A stretch of 64,000 bases of DNA from an uncultured Candidatus Saccharibacteria bacterium (lineage in GTDB: Bacteria > Patescibacteriota > Minisyncoccia > Phycocordibacterales > JAKAEA01), in contig CAZHGQ010000005.1 in assembly GCA_964532205.1 (NCBI GenBank), positions 1,520 through 65,519 of the forward strand, read 5' to 3'. A model generated the notes under the pieces. It worked only from the letters and a program-made list of their open reading frames with translations. It ran no database searches and had not been told where the DNA came from. A program made the translations under genes and the position numbers. Positions within the stretch are counted from its first letter, which is position 1. Each line of letters starts with the position of its first letter. Below, piece after piece: positions 56,536 to 64,000 of this stretch.

Positions 56536-57435
56536 ATGGAACCAAACACACAACCACAGCCAGTAGAAGCACCAGTCGTTATCCCGCCATTGCCACCAGT
56601 TGGCGAGATTATTAGCCGCACATTCTCTCTCTTTAAGCGAAAGTGGGGCGCACTTTTTCCGTTGCTGGCAATCATGTTCATTGCCTCAGTACTTAATACA
56701 GCATCCGGTTACATTAAGGGCGGAGCTGGTTCAATTTTAGTTGGTATCATTTTTGTAGCCTACCTTGTCATTACGTATTTAACCTCGGTAGCTTTGATTA
56801 TGGCTTACAACGATGAGGAGGTTAAGCCGGTTGTTGATTATTATCAACGTGCCATCGACATCATCATTCCGTACTCGTGGGTTGTCGTCGCTGTGATTTT
56901 GGCTGTAATTGGTGGTATGGTTTTTCTCATCATTCCGGGTTTACTGTTAGCATTCTTTTTGACATACGCTTCATACGCTTTCTTGCTTGAAGGTAAAACA
57001 AAGATTGACGCTTTGGTTACGAGTTTTGAGTATGTAAAGGAAGCGTTCTGGGGTATTCTCTGGCGAGACATTGTCTTTGGTTTATTGGCTTGGTTAATTA
57101 TGTTCGGTGTTGGTATCTTGGCGGCAATTCCGACTGTCTTGCAATCTGGTGGCGTGAATCATTTGGTTAACGCTATTCGAGCAGGGGACACAAGTGGTTT
57201 ATTCTTAGGTCAAATCATTCATCAAATGGGTACCGTCTTTATTGCTACACCCCTCGGTATTGCCTTTGTCTACACTATGTACAACGCTCTCCGCGCTCGC
57301 CGCTCTGTATTTACGACCGAATCATCGACTGCCGCTTCACTCATTAAAATTGCTATCTACATTGGTGCCGCTATTCTCATCGTTGGCTTCATCATCTCCA
57401 TGGTCTACTTGTCTCGCTTTGCGATGACGCGCTAG
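56536..57435 (+). CDS. polytopic membrane protein (~6 TM), unknown function
   Basis: 299-aa hydrophobic ORF. Confidence 0.45.
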   Translation: MEPNTQPQPVEAPVVIPPLPPVGEIISRTFSLFKRKWGALFPLLAIMFIASVLNTASGYIKGGAGSILVGIIFVAYLVITYLTSVALIMAYNDEEVKPVVDYYQRAIDIIIPYSWVVVAVILAVIGGMVFLIIPGLLLAFFLTYASYAFLLEGKTKIDALVTSFEYVKEAFWGILWRDIVFGLLAWLIMFGVGILAAIPTVLQSGGVNHLVNAIRAGDTSGLFLGQIIHQMGTVFIATPLGIAFVYTMYNALRARRSVFTTESSTAASLIKIAIYIGAAILIVGFIISMVYLSRFAMTR

Positions 57436-57451
57436 GCAAAGGCCTAGTTAA

Positions 57452-57524
57452 GCCACCTTAGCTCAGTTGGTAGAGCACAGCTTTCGTAAAGCTGGGGTCC
57501 CGAGTTCGATCCTCGGAGGTGGCT
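57452..57524 (+). tRNA. tRNA-Thr (anticodon CGU)
   Basis: GCCACCT TA GCTC AGTTGGTA GAGC A CAGCT TTCGTAA AGCTG GGGTC CCGAG TTCGATC CTCGG AGGTGGC T. Confidence 0.9.
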
Positions 57525-57682
57525 CTTGCTTTTTCTGATAGTTATGTTATTTTACAGATAGAGCAGGTGGGGTCACAATTATCAAATCAATGATGCTTTG
57601 ATCTCCTTCCTGAGGTGGCCGTCGTACGTAAAAGTAGACGGTCGCCTTTTTTATTGGTTAGATTTTTTGTTATACTGGCCCC

Positions 57683-58558
57683 ATGAATAAAGAGCAGATC
57701 GAAGCGCGTATCGCGGAAATTGAAGCGGCTATGAATGCGGCTGATTTTTGGTCTGACAAAAATGCGGCTCAGGCTATGATTCGTGAACTGCAGGATTTAA
57801 AAGTGGCACGTGAGGGTGGTGGCAAATATGACAAAGGTGGGGCGGTCATCACAATTTTTTCCGGTGCTGGCGGTGATGATGCTGAAGATTTTTCTTCGAT
57901 TTTGTTTAGCATGTATCGCAAGTATATTGAAAGCCGCGGCTGGTCGTGGGCCATTGTGCATCAGAATGAAAATGATCATGGCGGCTATCGTAACCTAACA
58001 TTTGAAGTTGATGGCAAGGGTGTGTACGGTGATTTAAAGAATGAGTCAGGCGTGCATCGCTTGGTCCGCATTTCACCGTTTAATGCCAAGCAGCTTCGCC
58101 ACACTTCATTTTCTATGGTGGAAGTCATTCCGAAATTTGAAAAGATGGAGGAGATTGAGATTAAACCCGATGACATTGTGGTGGAATTTGCTAAAGCTGG
58201 CGGCCCGGGCGGGCAGAATGTAAATAAGCGTGAGACGGCGGTGCGTATCGTCCATAAGCCGACAAATTTGTCGGTGCATGTAACATCTGAACGTTCGCAG
58301 GCTCAGAATAAAGAAAAAGGCTTGCAAATTTTGAAAGGTAAATTGTTTAAGTTGGCCGAGGAGCAACGCATTGCCAAAGAGAAGGGTATGCAGATTTCGA
58401 AAACCACAGATATTGAATGGGGCAATCAGATTCGCTCGTATGTCTTTCATCCATACAAAATGATTAAGGATCACCGTACTGATGTGGAGGTGCGTGATAT
58501 CGACAAAGTGCTCGATGGTGGTCTCGATGACTTTATCGCCGCCGAAAAAAGTCTCTAA
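57683..58558 (+). CDS. prfB: peptide chain release factor 2 (short N-terminus, no programmed frameshift seen)
   Basis: SPF tripeptide (RISPFNAKQLRHTSFS) and GGQ (AGGPGGQNVNK) motifs; 291 aa in one continuous frame. Confidence 0.85.
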   Translation: MNKEQIEARIAEIEAAMNAADFWSDKNAAQAMIRELQDLKVAREGGGKYDKGGAVITIFSGAGGDDAEDFSSILFSMYRKYIESRGWSWAIVHQNENDHGGYRNLTFEVDGKGVYGDLKNESGVHRLVRISPFNAKQLRHTSFSMVEVIPKFEKMEEIEIKPDDIVVEFAKAGGPGGQNVNKRETAVRIVHKPTNLSVHVTSERSQAQNKEKGLQILKGKLFKLAEEQRIAKEKGMQISKTTDIEWGNQIRSYVFHPYKMIKDHRTDVEVRDIDKVLDGGLDDFIAAEKSL

Positions 58559-58628
58559 GTAAAAGAAACCTCTAAGTAAAAATTTCAGAAATTGAGTGTT
58601 CACATAAAAAGCACGAAATCATCAAAAG

Positions 58629-58813
58629 ATATCAATTAAGATATTTTTGTATGCATTTAGCTTGATTTAAAGCCTTATTTTGAGGTTTTTGCTCAGCGGG
58701 GGTAGGCTGACAACTTTTCTTGATTTTGCCACTATATCTATTTTGATATTTGCCACTTGTTATTACCTATAAGAAATATATGCAAAAGGATATTTTTATA
58801 TCACTTTTGATAT
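58629..58813. promoter_or_regulatory. three ATATC-N6-GATAT palindromic sites upstream of the XRE regulator gene, two of them nested in a larger inverted repeat
   Basis: ATATCAATTAAGATAT at 58629-58644, ATATCTATTTTGATAT at 58734-58749, and ATATCACTTTTGATAT at 58798-58813. The outer arms GCCACTATATC (58728-58738) and GATATAGTGGC (58809-58819) are exact reverse complements. Confidence 0.55.
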
Positions 58814-58920
58814 AGTGGCGAAAAACTCAAAAGTAACATGAAAAAGGAAGAGCAAAAGTTATCAATTTTTCTTTACCTGCTTTTCATCAGAATTTTAACG
58901 CTGTGTCTTATACTTTGCCC

Positions 58921-59331
58921 ATGACACACTTTATCAAACAGAAAGATGTTTTTGGTGACCCACTTTCCGATAATGCAACCTTCTCTGAAGCCTGGCACAA
59001 AAAGAATAAGACGTATTATATTCCTGATCATAAGAGTGGTGGTCAAAAGGGCAATGAAGAGCGAAATCGCAAAGACAAGAAGCAAATTCTTCAATGGAAA
59101 TGCCGCCGCGCCGCGCGGCGGCACACTGCATTTCTGATTTTGCACACCCGGCTTGTCAAAAAGCTAACGCAAAAACAACTGGCCGACCTCGTTGGCACAC
59201 AGCAGGGCAATATTGCCAGAATAGAACGTGGGCGGGCGGTACCGTCGTTGGAATTTCTGCTAAAAATGGCGGCGGTGCTGGACACGAAGCTTCTACTGCC
59301 GACATTTGCATTTTTGCGGCCAAAGGCATAA
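58921..59331 (+). CDS. XRE-family (Cro/C1-type HTH) transcriptional regulator; possibly leaderless
   Basis: LTQKQLADLVGTQQGNIARIERGRAVPSLEFLLKMAAVL is an HTH_XRE. The ATG at 58921 lies 8 nt after the -10-like TATACT at 58908-58913. The track ORF starts at a GTG at 58903. Confidence 0.65.
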   Translation: MTHFIKQKDVFGDPLSDNATFSEAWHKKNKTYYIPDHKSGGQKGNEERNRKDKKQILQWKCRRAARRHTAFLILHTRLVKKLTQKQLADLVGTQQGNIARIERGRAVPSLEFLLKMAAVLDTKLLLPTFAFLRPKA

Positions 59332-59415
59332 TCTAGGGGCAGATATTTCTGATCATTCTTTGTTTGTTTGATTCCTCACAACGTTAATTACTCACAACCC
59401 TTGAAAGGGGGTATT

Positions 59416-59718
59416 ATGCATATTAACGGTGAACATATTCGTGTGCTCCCACCGTGCGAAAAGCACCTGAAGGATACGCTCAAGCAGTACGATGCCAAGC
59501 TTCAAGAGTGCGAGTCTCTGACGCTGACGAATGACCTAAAGCTCATGCTGTTTGTGCGGCGGGAGCTCATCAGTCGTTTGCTCGACCAGCGCGACCTGGA
59601 AAAAGTTGCTAGTGAACATGCGCTCTGGAACCGGGTCAAGGAAGAAATCACCATGGACCAATTCAAGCCGGTCTTTGATCGGGCCTGGTTCCGGATCCAT
59701 GAGCATGCCACGCCGTAG
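59416..59718 (+). CDS. hypothetical protein (start uncertain; track ORF from 59368)
   Basis: ORF only; it lies downstream of the XRE gene. Confidence 0.3.
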   Translation: MHINGEHIRVLPPCEKHLKDTLKQYDAKLQECESLTLTNDLKLMLFVRRELISRLLDQRDLEKVASEHALWNRVKEEITMDQFKPVFDRAWFRIHEHATP

Positions 59719-59845
59719 CTTAAGCCAGTCGTGGTGAGAAAGCGCCTTATTTAAGGCGCTTTTCTTGTGGTTGAGACATGTGTGCGGGTGTGATATGTCT
59801 GTGGGTTGCAATATCGACGAAAGAGTCTACAATAGAAAGAACGGT

Positions 59846-60526
59846 ATGATTTATTTTGATAATGTTTCCAAAGTTTACCCAGATACTTCTGTAGCTCTAG
59901 ATAAAGTCAGCTTTACCATCGAACCCAATGAATTCGTCTCTGTCGTCGGCCACTCAGGCGCCGGCAAATCAACGCTGCTTAAAATGATTTTGGCCGAAGA
60001 AAAACCGACCGAAGGCACGGTCTTTTTTCAATCAACACCCATTCACGAACTCCGCCGCAACGAAATCAACCAATTCCGCCGCCGCATCGGTACTATTTTC
60101 CAAGACTTCCGACTCTTACCAAACAAAACTGCCTACGAAAACATTGCTTTTGCCATGGAAGTGGCTGGCAAGACAGATGAGGAGATTGAATCTGATGTAC
60201 CGCACGTCCTCGAACTCGTCGACCTCGGTCGCAAGATGTGGAGTTTTCCGCATCAGCTTTCGGGCGGTGAAAAGCAGCGCGTGGCAATTGCTCGAGCTAT
60301 TGTGAATCATCCAGACATTATTATTGCCGACGAACCGACCGGTAACCTTGACCCGATCAATACGTATGAAATTGTGCAGATCCTGAAAAAAATTAATGAC
60401 CTCGGTACAACGGTGGTGCTGACCACGCACAATAAAGGTGTGATTGATTCCTTGGGTCGCCGCGTTATTACATTAGAAAACGGCCGCATTGTTCGCGATG
60501 ATAAGTCGGGCCGCTATATTTTATAA
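59846..60526 (+). CDS. ftsE: cell-division ABC transporter ATP-binding protein FtsE
   Basis: MIYFDNVSKVYPD..., Walker A GHSGAGKST, the LSGGEKQRVAIARAI signature and Walker B IIIADEPTGNLD. Confidence 0.9.
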   Translation: MIYFDNVSKVYPDTSVALDKVSFTIEPNEFVSVVGHSGAGKSTLLKMILAEEKPTEGTVFFQSTPIHELRRNEINQFRRRIGTIFQDFRLLPNKTAYENIAFAMEVAGKTDEEIESDVPHVLELVDLGRKMWSFPHQLSGGEKQRVAIARAIVNHPDIIIADEPTGNLDPINTYEIVQILKKINDLGTTVVLTTHNKGVIDSLGRRVITLENGRIVRDDKSGRYIL

Positions 60527-60529
60527 TTT

Positions 60530-61456
60530 ATGTTGTGGACTAATACAAAACGAGTTATTCGAGCCGGTTTCGTCAATTTCTGGCGAAATGGCTTTGTGTC
60601 TATCGCTTCGATTTTAGTGATGGTGATTACACTCCTGTTCCTTGGCTCTGTTATTTTTACCGGTGTCTTACTCAAGACTACCTTGCAACAAGTGCAGGAT
60701 AAAGTTGATATTAATGTGTACTTTGTAACGAATGCTCAGGAAAATGACATTCTTTCAATTAAAAAATCCCTCGAGGGTCTGCCTGAAGTAGCCACAGTTA
60801 CATACACGACCCGCGAACAAGCTTTGGCGGAATTTAAAGCTCGCCACGAAAATGATCAGTTTACGATGCAGGCTTTGGATGAACTCAATGACAATCCACT
60901 TGGGGCAGTGCTCAATGTCAAAGCTAAGCAGCCGTCACAGTACGCTGGCATTGCCGACTTCTTGCAGCAGAAGAGTATTTCACAGCGTGATGGTTTGCCC
61001 ATTATCGACAAGATCAACTATCAGCAGAATAAAATTGCTATCGATAAACTCACTAAAATTATTTCTGTTGGCCAACGCTTGGGCTTCATCATTGTGCTCA
61101 TTTTGGTGGCTATGTCGATCATGATTACCTTCAATACCATTCGTCTGACCATTTACATCTCACGTGATGAAATTGCGGTCATGCGCTTGGTGGGTGCCAG
61201 CTCAAAATTTGTGCGTGGCCCATTCGTAATTGTGGGTATTATGTACGGCGCCTTTTCTGCCATTTTAGCCATGCTGATCTTCTACCCAGCGGCGTACTAC
61301 CTGGGACGTTACACTAAGGACTTTTTTGAAACAATTAATATCTATTCGTACTACATTCAGAATTTCGGTCAGATCTTCCTGCTGCTCTTGGGCGCAGGGG
61401 TGGTCATCGGGGCGATTTCAAGTTATTTAGCAGTACGGCGATATTTAATTGTTTAA
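60530..61456 (+). CDS. ftsX: cell-division permease FtsX
   Basis: 4-TM FtsX topology with a large first extracellular loop; immediately after ftsE. Confidence 0.85.
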   Translation: MLWTNTKRVIRAGFVNFWRNGFVSIASILVMVITLLFLGSVIFTGVLLKTTLQQVQDKVDINVYFVTNAQENDILSIKKSLEGLPEVATVTYTTREQALAEFKARHENDQFTMQALDELNDNPLGAVLNVKAKQPSQYAGIADFLQQKSISQRDGLPIIDKINYQQNKIAIDKLTKIISVGQRLGFIIVLILVAMSIMITFNTIRLTIYISRDEIAVMRLVGASSKFVRGPFVIVGIMYGAFSAILAMLIFYPAAYYLGRYTKDFFETINIYSYYIQNFGQIFLLLLGAGVVIGAISSYLAVRRYLIV

Positions 61457-61457
61457 C

Positions 61458-63194
61458 ATGAAGAAAAATCACAAATTCATTTTCGTCATTGGCGGAGTAA
61501 TGTCTGGCGTCGGCAAAGGCATCACCACCTCATCTATCGGCAAACTTCTCGTCGCAAAAGGTTTAAGGGTCAATCCAATCAAGATTGACCCTTATCTTAA
61601 TGTCGATGCTGGTACGATGAATCCGACTGAGCACGGCGAAGTTTTTGTGCTCGACTCTGGCCTCGAGACCGATCAAGACATGGGCAATTATGAACGCTTT
61701 TTGGAAATGGATTTGGCGCCTGAAGACTACATGACCAGCGGTTTGATTTACAAAACAGTCATCGACCGCGAACGAAATCTTGGCTACAAAGGTAAATGTG
61801 TCGAAGCCATTCCGCACATCACTCAAGAAATCACCAAACGCATTTTGGCCTCAGCCGAGAAAAACCAGTCCGACATCACACTTGTGGAAATTGGTGGCAC
61901 CATCGGTGACTTCCAGAATGCTATGTTTATCGAAGCCGCACGTATCCTCAAACTTAAACGTCCTCGCGACGTTATTTTTATGCTCGTGAGCTACCTGCCG
62001 GTGCCATCAAAGATTGGCGAAATGAAGACCAAACCAACTCAGACTGCCGTGCGCATGCTCAATGCCAATGGTATTCAGCCGGATTTTTTGATTGCTCGCT
62101 CAGCTGTGCCACTTGATCATAAGCGCAAAGAGAAACTTTCAATTTCATGTAATGTCTTTGAGCATCGCGTTATTTCAGCGCCTGACATTGAAAGTATTTA
62201 TGATGTGCCGCTCAATTTTGAAAAAGACAAACTAGCAGATGCTATTTTCGAAGCGCTCAATATTAAAAAGCGTAAGACCGGTGGTTTGGAACAATGGAAG
62301 AAATTTGTCAGCAAATCAAAACATCCAAAGAAGCAGTTGAATGTGGCAGTTGTAGGTAAATATTTTGAAACAGGGGACTTTGTGCTTTCAGATGCCTATG
62401 TCTCGGTCATTGAAGCTATTAAATTTTCGGCTTTTCATCAAAATGCTAAAGCCAATTTACACTGGCTTGATTCTGTCGAATTTGAAAAACATCCGTCCAA
62501 GGTTCGTGAGCTCTCGCAGTATGATGGTGTGATCGTGCCTGGCGGCTTCGGCGAACGCGGTATCGAAGGCAATATCAATGTCATTCGTTATTGTCGGGAA
62601 AACAAAATTCCATACTTTGGCCTGTGCTATGGCATGCAACTTATGGTTATTGAATACGCTCGTCACAAAACCAATCTCACCAATGCACACACGGCTGAAA
62701 TAAATCCCGAAGCCAAGCATGTGGTCATCGACATTATGCCGGATCAGAAGAAACATTTGGCCATGGGAAATTACGGCGCTTCAATGCGGCTCGGGGCCTA
62801 CCCAGCCTACCTAAAGAAGGGGACCGTGGCCCGAGCCGCCTACGGTAAAGAATTGGTATCCGAACGTCACCGCCACCGCTACGAAGTCTCACCACACTAC
62901 ATAAAGGAAATAGAAAATTCGGGCCTGGTATTCTCTGGCACATCACCTGACGGCCGCTTAATGGAAATTGCTGAATTGCCGCAGTCCGAACACCCATTCT
63001 TCCTCGGTACTCAATTTCACCCAGAATTTAAGGCTCGACCGCTGCATCCGCACCCACTGTTTTCCGCTTTTATCAAGGCAGCCATTACCTGCGCTAAGCC
63101 GGTACCCACGAAATTCACGCCGGAAATTGCTAAAAAGGAAACCCTCTCTAAACTGCCAACAGCCACCACAGTAGCCAAATCGAGCTTGAAATAA
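61458..63194 (+). CDS. pyrG: CTP synthase
   Basis: MKKNHKFIFVIGGVMSGVGKGITTSSIGKLL is the synthetase N-terminus. The C-terminal class-I glutamine amidotransferase has GLCYGMQ and the H/E dyad. Confidence 0.95.
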   Translation: MKKNHKFIFVIGGVMSGVGKGITTSSIGKLLVAKGLRVNPIKIDPYLNVDAGTMNPTEHGEVFVLDSGLETDQDMGNYERFLEMDLAPEDYMTSGLIYKTVIDRERNLGYKGKCVEAIPHITQEITKRILASAEKNQSDITLVEIGGTIGDFQNAMFIEAARILKLKRPRDVIFMLVSYLPVPSKIGEMKTKPTQTAVRMLNANGIQPDFLIARSAVPLDHKRKEKLSISCNVFEHRVISAPDIESIYDVPLNFEKDKLADAIFEALNIKKRKTGGLEQWKKFVSKSKHPKKQLNVAVVGKYFETGDFVLSDAYVSVIEAIKFSAFHQNAKANLHWLDSVEFEKHPSKVRELSQYDGVIVPGGFGERGIEGNINVIRYCRENKIPYFGLCYGMQLMVIEYARHKTNLTNAHTAEINPEAKHVVIDIMPDQKKHLAMGNYGASMRLGAYPAYLKKGTVARAAYGKELVSERHRHRYEVSPHYIKEIENSGLVFSGTSPDGRLMEIAELPQSEHPFFLGTQFHPEFKARPLHPHPLFSAFIKAAITCAKPVPTKFTPEIAKKETLSKLPTATTVAKSSLK

Positions 63195-63224
63195 AGTCGT
63201 TTTTGCAGTATGGTATATGGACAT

Positions 63225-63295
63225 TGCGGGATCGTCTAATGGTAGGACAGGCGACTCTGGATCGTCTAATCTAGGTTCGAGTCCTAGTCCCGCAG
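63225..63295 (+). tRNA. tRNA-Gln (anticodon CUG)
   Basis: TGCGGGA/TCCCGCA acceptor with the U1-A72 pair typical of bacterial tRNA-Gln; anticodon loop CTCTGGA; T-arm CTAGG TTCGAGT CCTAG. Confidence 0.8.
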
Positions 63296-63377
63296 CAGTC
63301 ATAATCTAATCTCAATATCAAGCTTATTGGAGTAAATAAGCTATAATATTGCTATTAAGATTAATGCTCCAAATATA

Positions 63378-64000
63378 ATGTTTGAACAATCCTTTAAGAA
63401 TATCGATAGAATACTTAGAAATGATAATGCGGGCGGGGCGATGGACTATATTGAGCAAACATCATGGATTATATTTCTAAAATACCTTGACGATCTTGAG
63501 ATAGAAAGAGAAAAAGCGGCAAAACTTTTAGGTAAGAAATATCAATTTATTATTGATAAACAATTTAGGTGGGCTTCATGGGCATACCCTCTGGATGGTA
63601 ACAATAAATTGAATCATAATTTAGCACTTACTGGTGCTGATTTACAATCTTTTGTCGATGAGCAACTTTTTCCATATCTTAAAAAATTTAGGTCTGAAAA
63701 TCCGAATTCAATTGAATATAAGATTGGTGAAATATTTAGTGAGCTTAAAAATAAGATAAAAAGTGGATATGCACTTCGTGAAATTCTCGATATTGTCAAT
63801 GGTCTGCACTTCCAATCAAGTAAAGAAAAACACGAGCTTTCTCATTTATATGAAAGTAAAATCGCTGAAATGGGTAACGCTGGACGTGATGGTGGACAAT
63901 ATTACACCCCCCGTCCTCTCATTCGTTCAATTGTTAAATTAGTAGATCCAAAGATTGGAGAAACTGTATACGATGGTGCCTGTGGATCTGCTGGCTTTCT
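63378..64000 (+). CDS. hsdM: type I restriction-modification system methyltransferase subunit HsdM, N-terminal part (runs off the window end)
   Basis: An ATG at 63378 gives MFEQSFKNIDRILRNDNAGGAMDYIEQTSWIIFLKYLDD (HsdM N-domain) ... GQYYTPRPLIRSIVKLVDPKIGETVYDGACGSAGF, the N6-adenine MTase motif I (DPACGSGGF-like). It is absent from the ORF track because no stop falls inside the window. The segment is very AT-rich. Confidence 0.75.
   Translation, partial: MFEQSFKNIDRILRNDNAGGAMDYIEQTSWIIFLKYLDDLEIEREKAAKLLGKKYQFIIDKQFRWASWAYPLDGNNKLNHNLALTGADLQSFVDEQLFPYLKKFRSENPNSIEYKIGEIFSELKNKIKSGYALREILDIVNGLHFQSSKEKHELSHLYESKIAEMGNAGRDGGQYYTPRPLIRSIVKLVDPKIGETVYDGACGSAGF

Noticed and set aside
58903-58920. 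GTG start for the XRE gene at 58903
   Set aside because: The GTG lies upstream of the -10-like TATACT box; the ATG at 58921 directly after it is more consistent with a leaderless transcript. It is kept as an alternative.
62958-63302. 114-aa minus-strand ORF
   Set aside because: It overlaps the pyrG 3' end and tRNA-Gln.

Overview
This 64-kb window looks like a small, streamlined bacterial genome of roughly 40-45% GC by eye, with patchy higher-GC insertions. A Candidate Phyla Radiation / Patescibacteria (Saccharibacteria-like) origin is my inference from three things: ribosomal protein L30 is absent between S5 and L15, the type IV pilus cluster has no secretin, and there are many secreted Gly/Ser/Thr-rich surface proteins. 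I did not see any sign of recoded UGA: RF2 is present and ordinary stop codons are used.

The core content is as follows. The spc ribosomal operon (L14 C-terminus, L24, L5, zinc-type S14, S8, L6, L18, S5, L15, SecY) is followed by a MarR-like gene and two unannotated Flp-type pilin micro-genes, then adk and map. Next comes a 921-aa soluble P-loop ATPase of the FtsK/HerA/type IV coupling-protein class, preceded by palindromic operator-like sites. After it are a higher-GC outer-membrane-like beta-barrel gene, ndk, an RNase J-like beta-CASP hydrolase, and the infC-rpmI-rplT operon. A block of surface-protein genes follows: a GH5-like hydrolase with a Gly-rich linker and two-helix C-terminal anchor, an orphan pilin-like operon, and a beta-helix protein with four ~100-aa tandem repeats. 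Then come a GAF gene paired with a Mu-Com-like zinc-ribbon/PAS gene, smpB with tmRNA (ssrA), ftsH, a tRNA-Ile with anticodon UAU, a peptidoglycan-binding surface protein, recG and a HhH-GPD glycosylase.

A ~3-kb higher-GC island lies next to tRNA-Ser. It carries a 31-aa Cys peptide with its own promoter and terminator, two secreted Cys-rich proteins, a MauE/DoxX-like membrane protein and a Planctomycete-type prepilin/H-X9-DG protein. After ASCH and SIMPL-like genes comes a complete secretin-less type IV pilus / competence locus: comFC, pilM, pilN, pilO, pilB, a CheY-like receiver, pilT, pilC, the major pilin, two more pilins, pilD, three minor pilins and a pilin/vWA tip protein. The rest of the window holds ligA, gatC, gatA, and a tRNA cluster (initiator Met, Met, Asp, Thr, Thr) interrupted by a GC-rich foreign-looking ORF. 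It ends with a methyltransferase, prfB, an XRE regulator behind three more copies of the same palindrome, ftsE, ftsX, pyrG, tRNA-Gln, and the AT-rich 5' part of a type I restriction-modification hsdM gene that runs off the window. No CRISPR array or rRNA was found.
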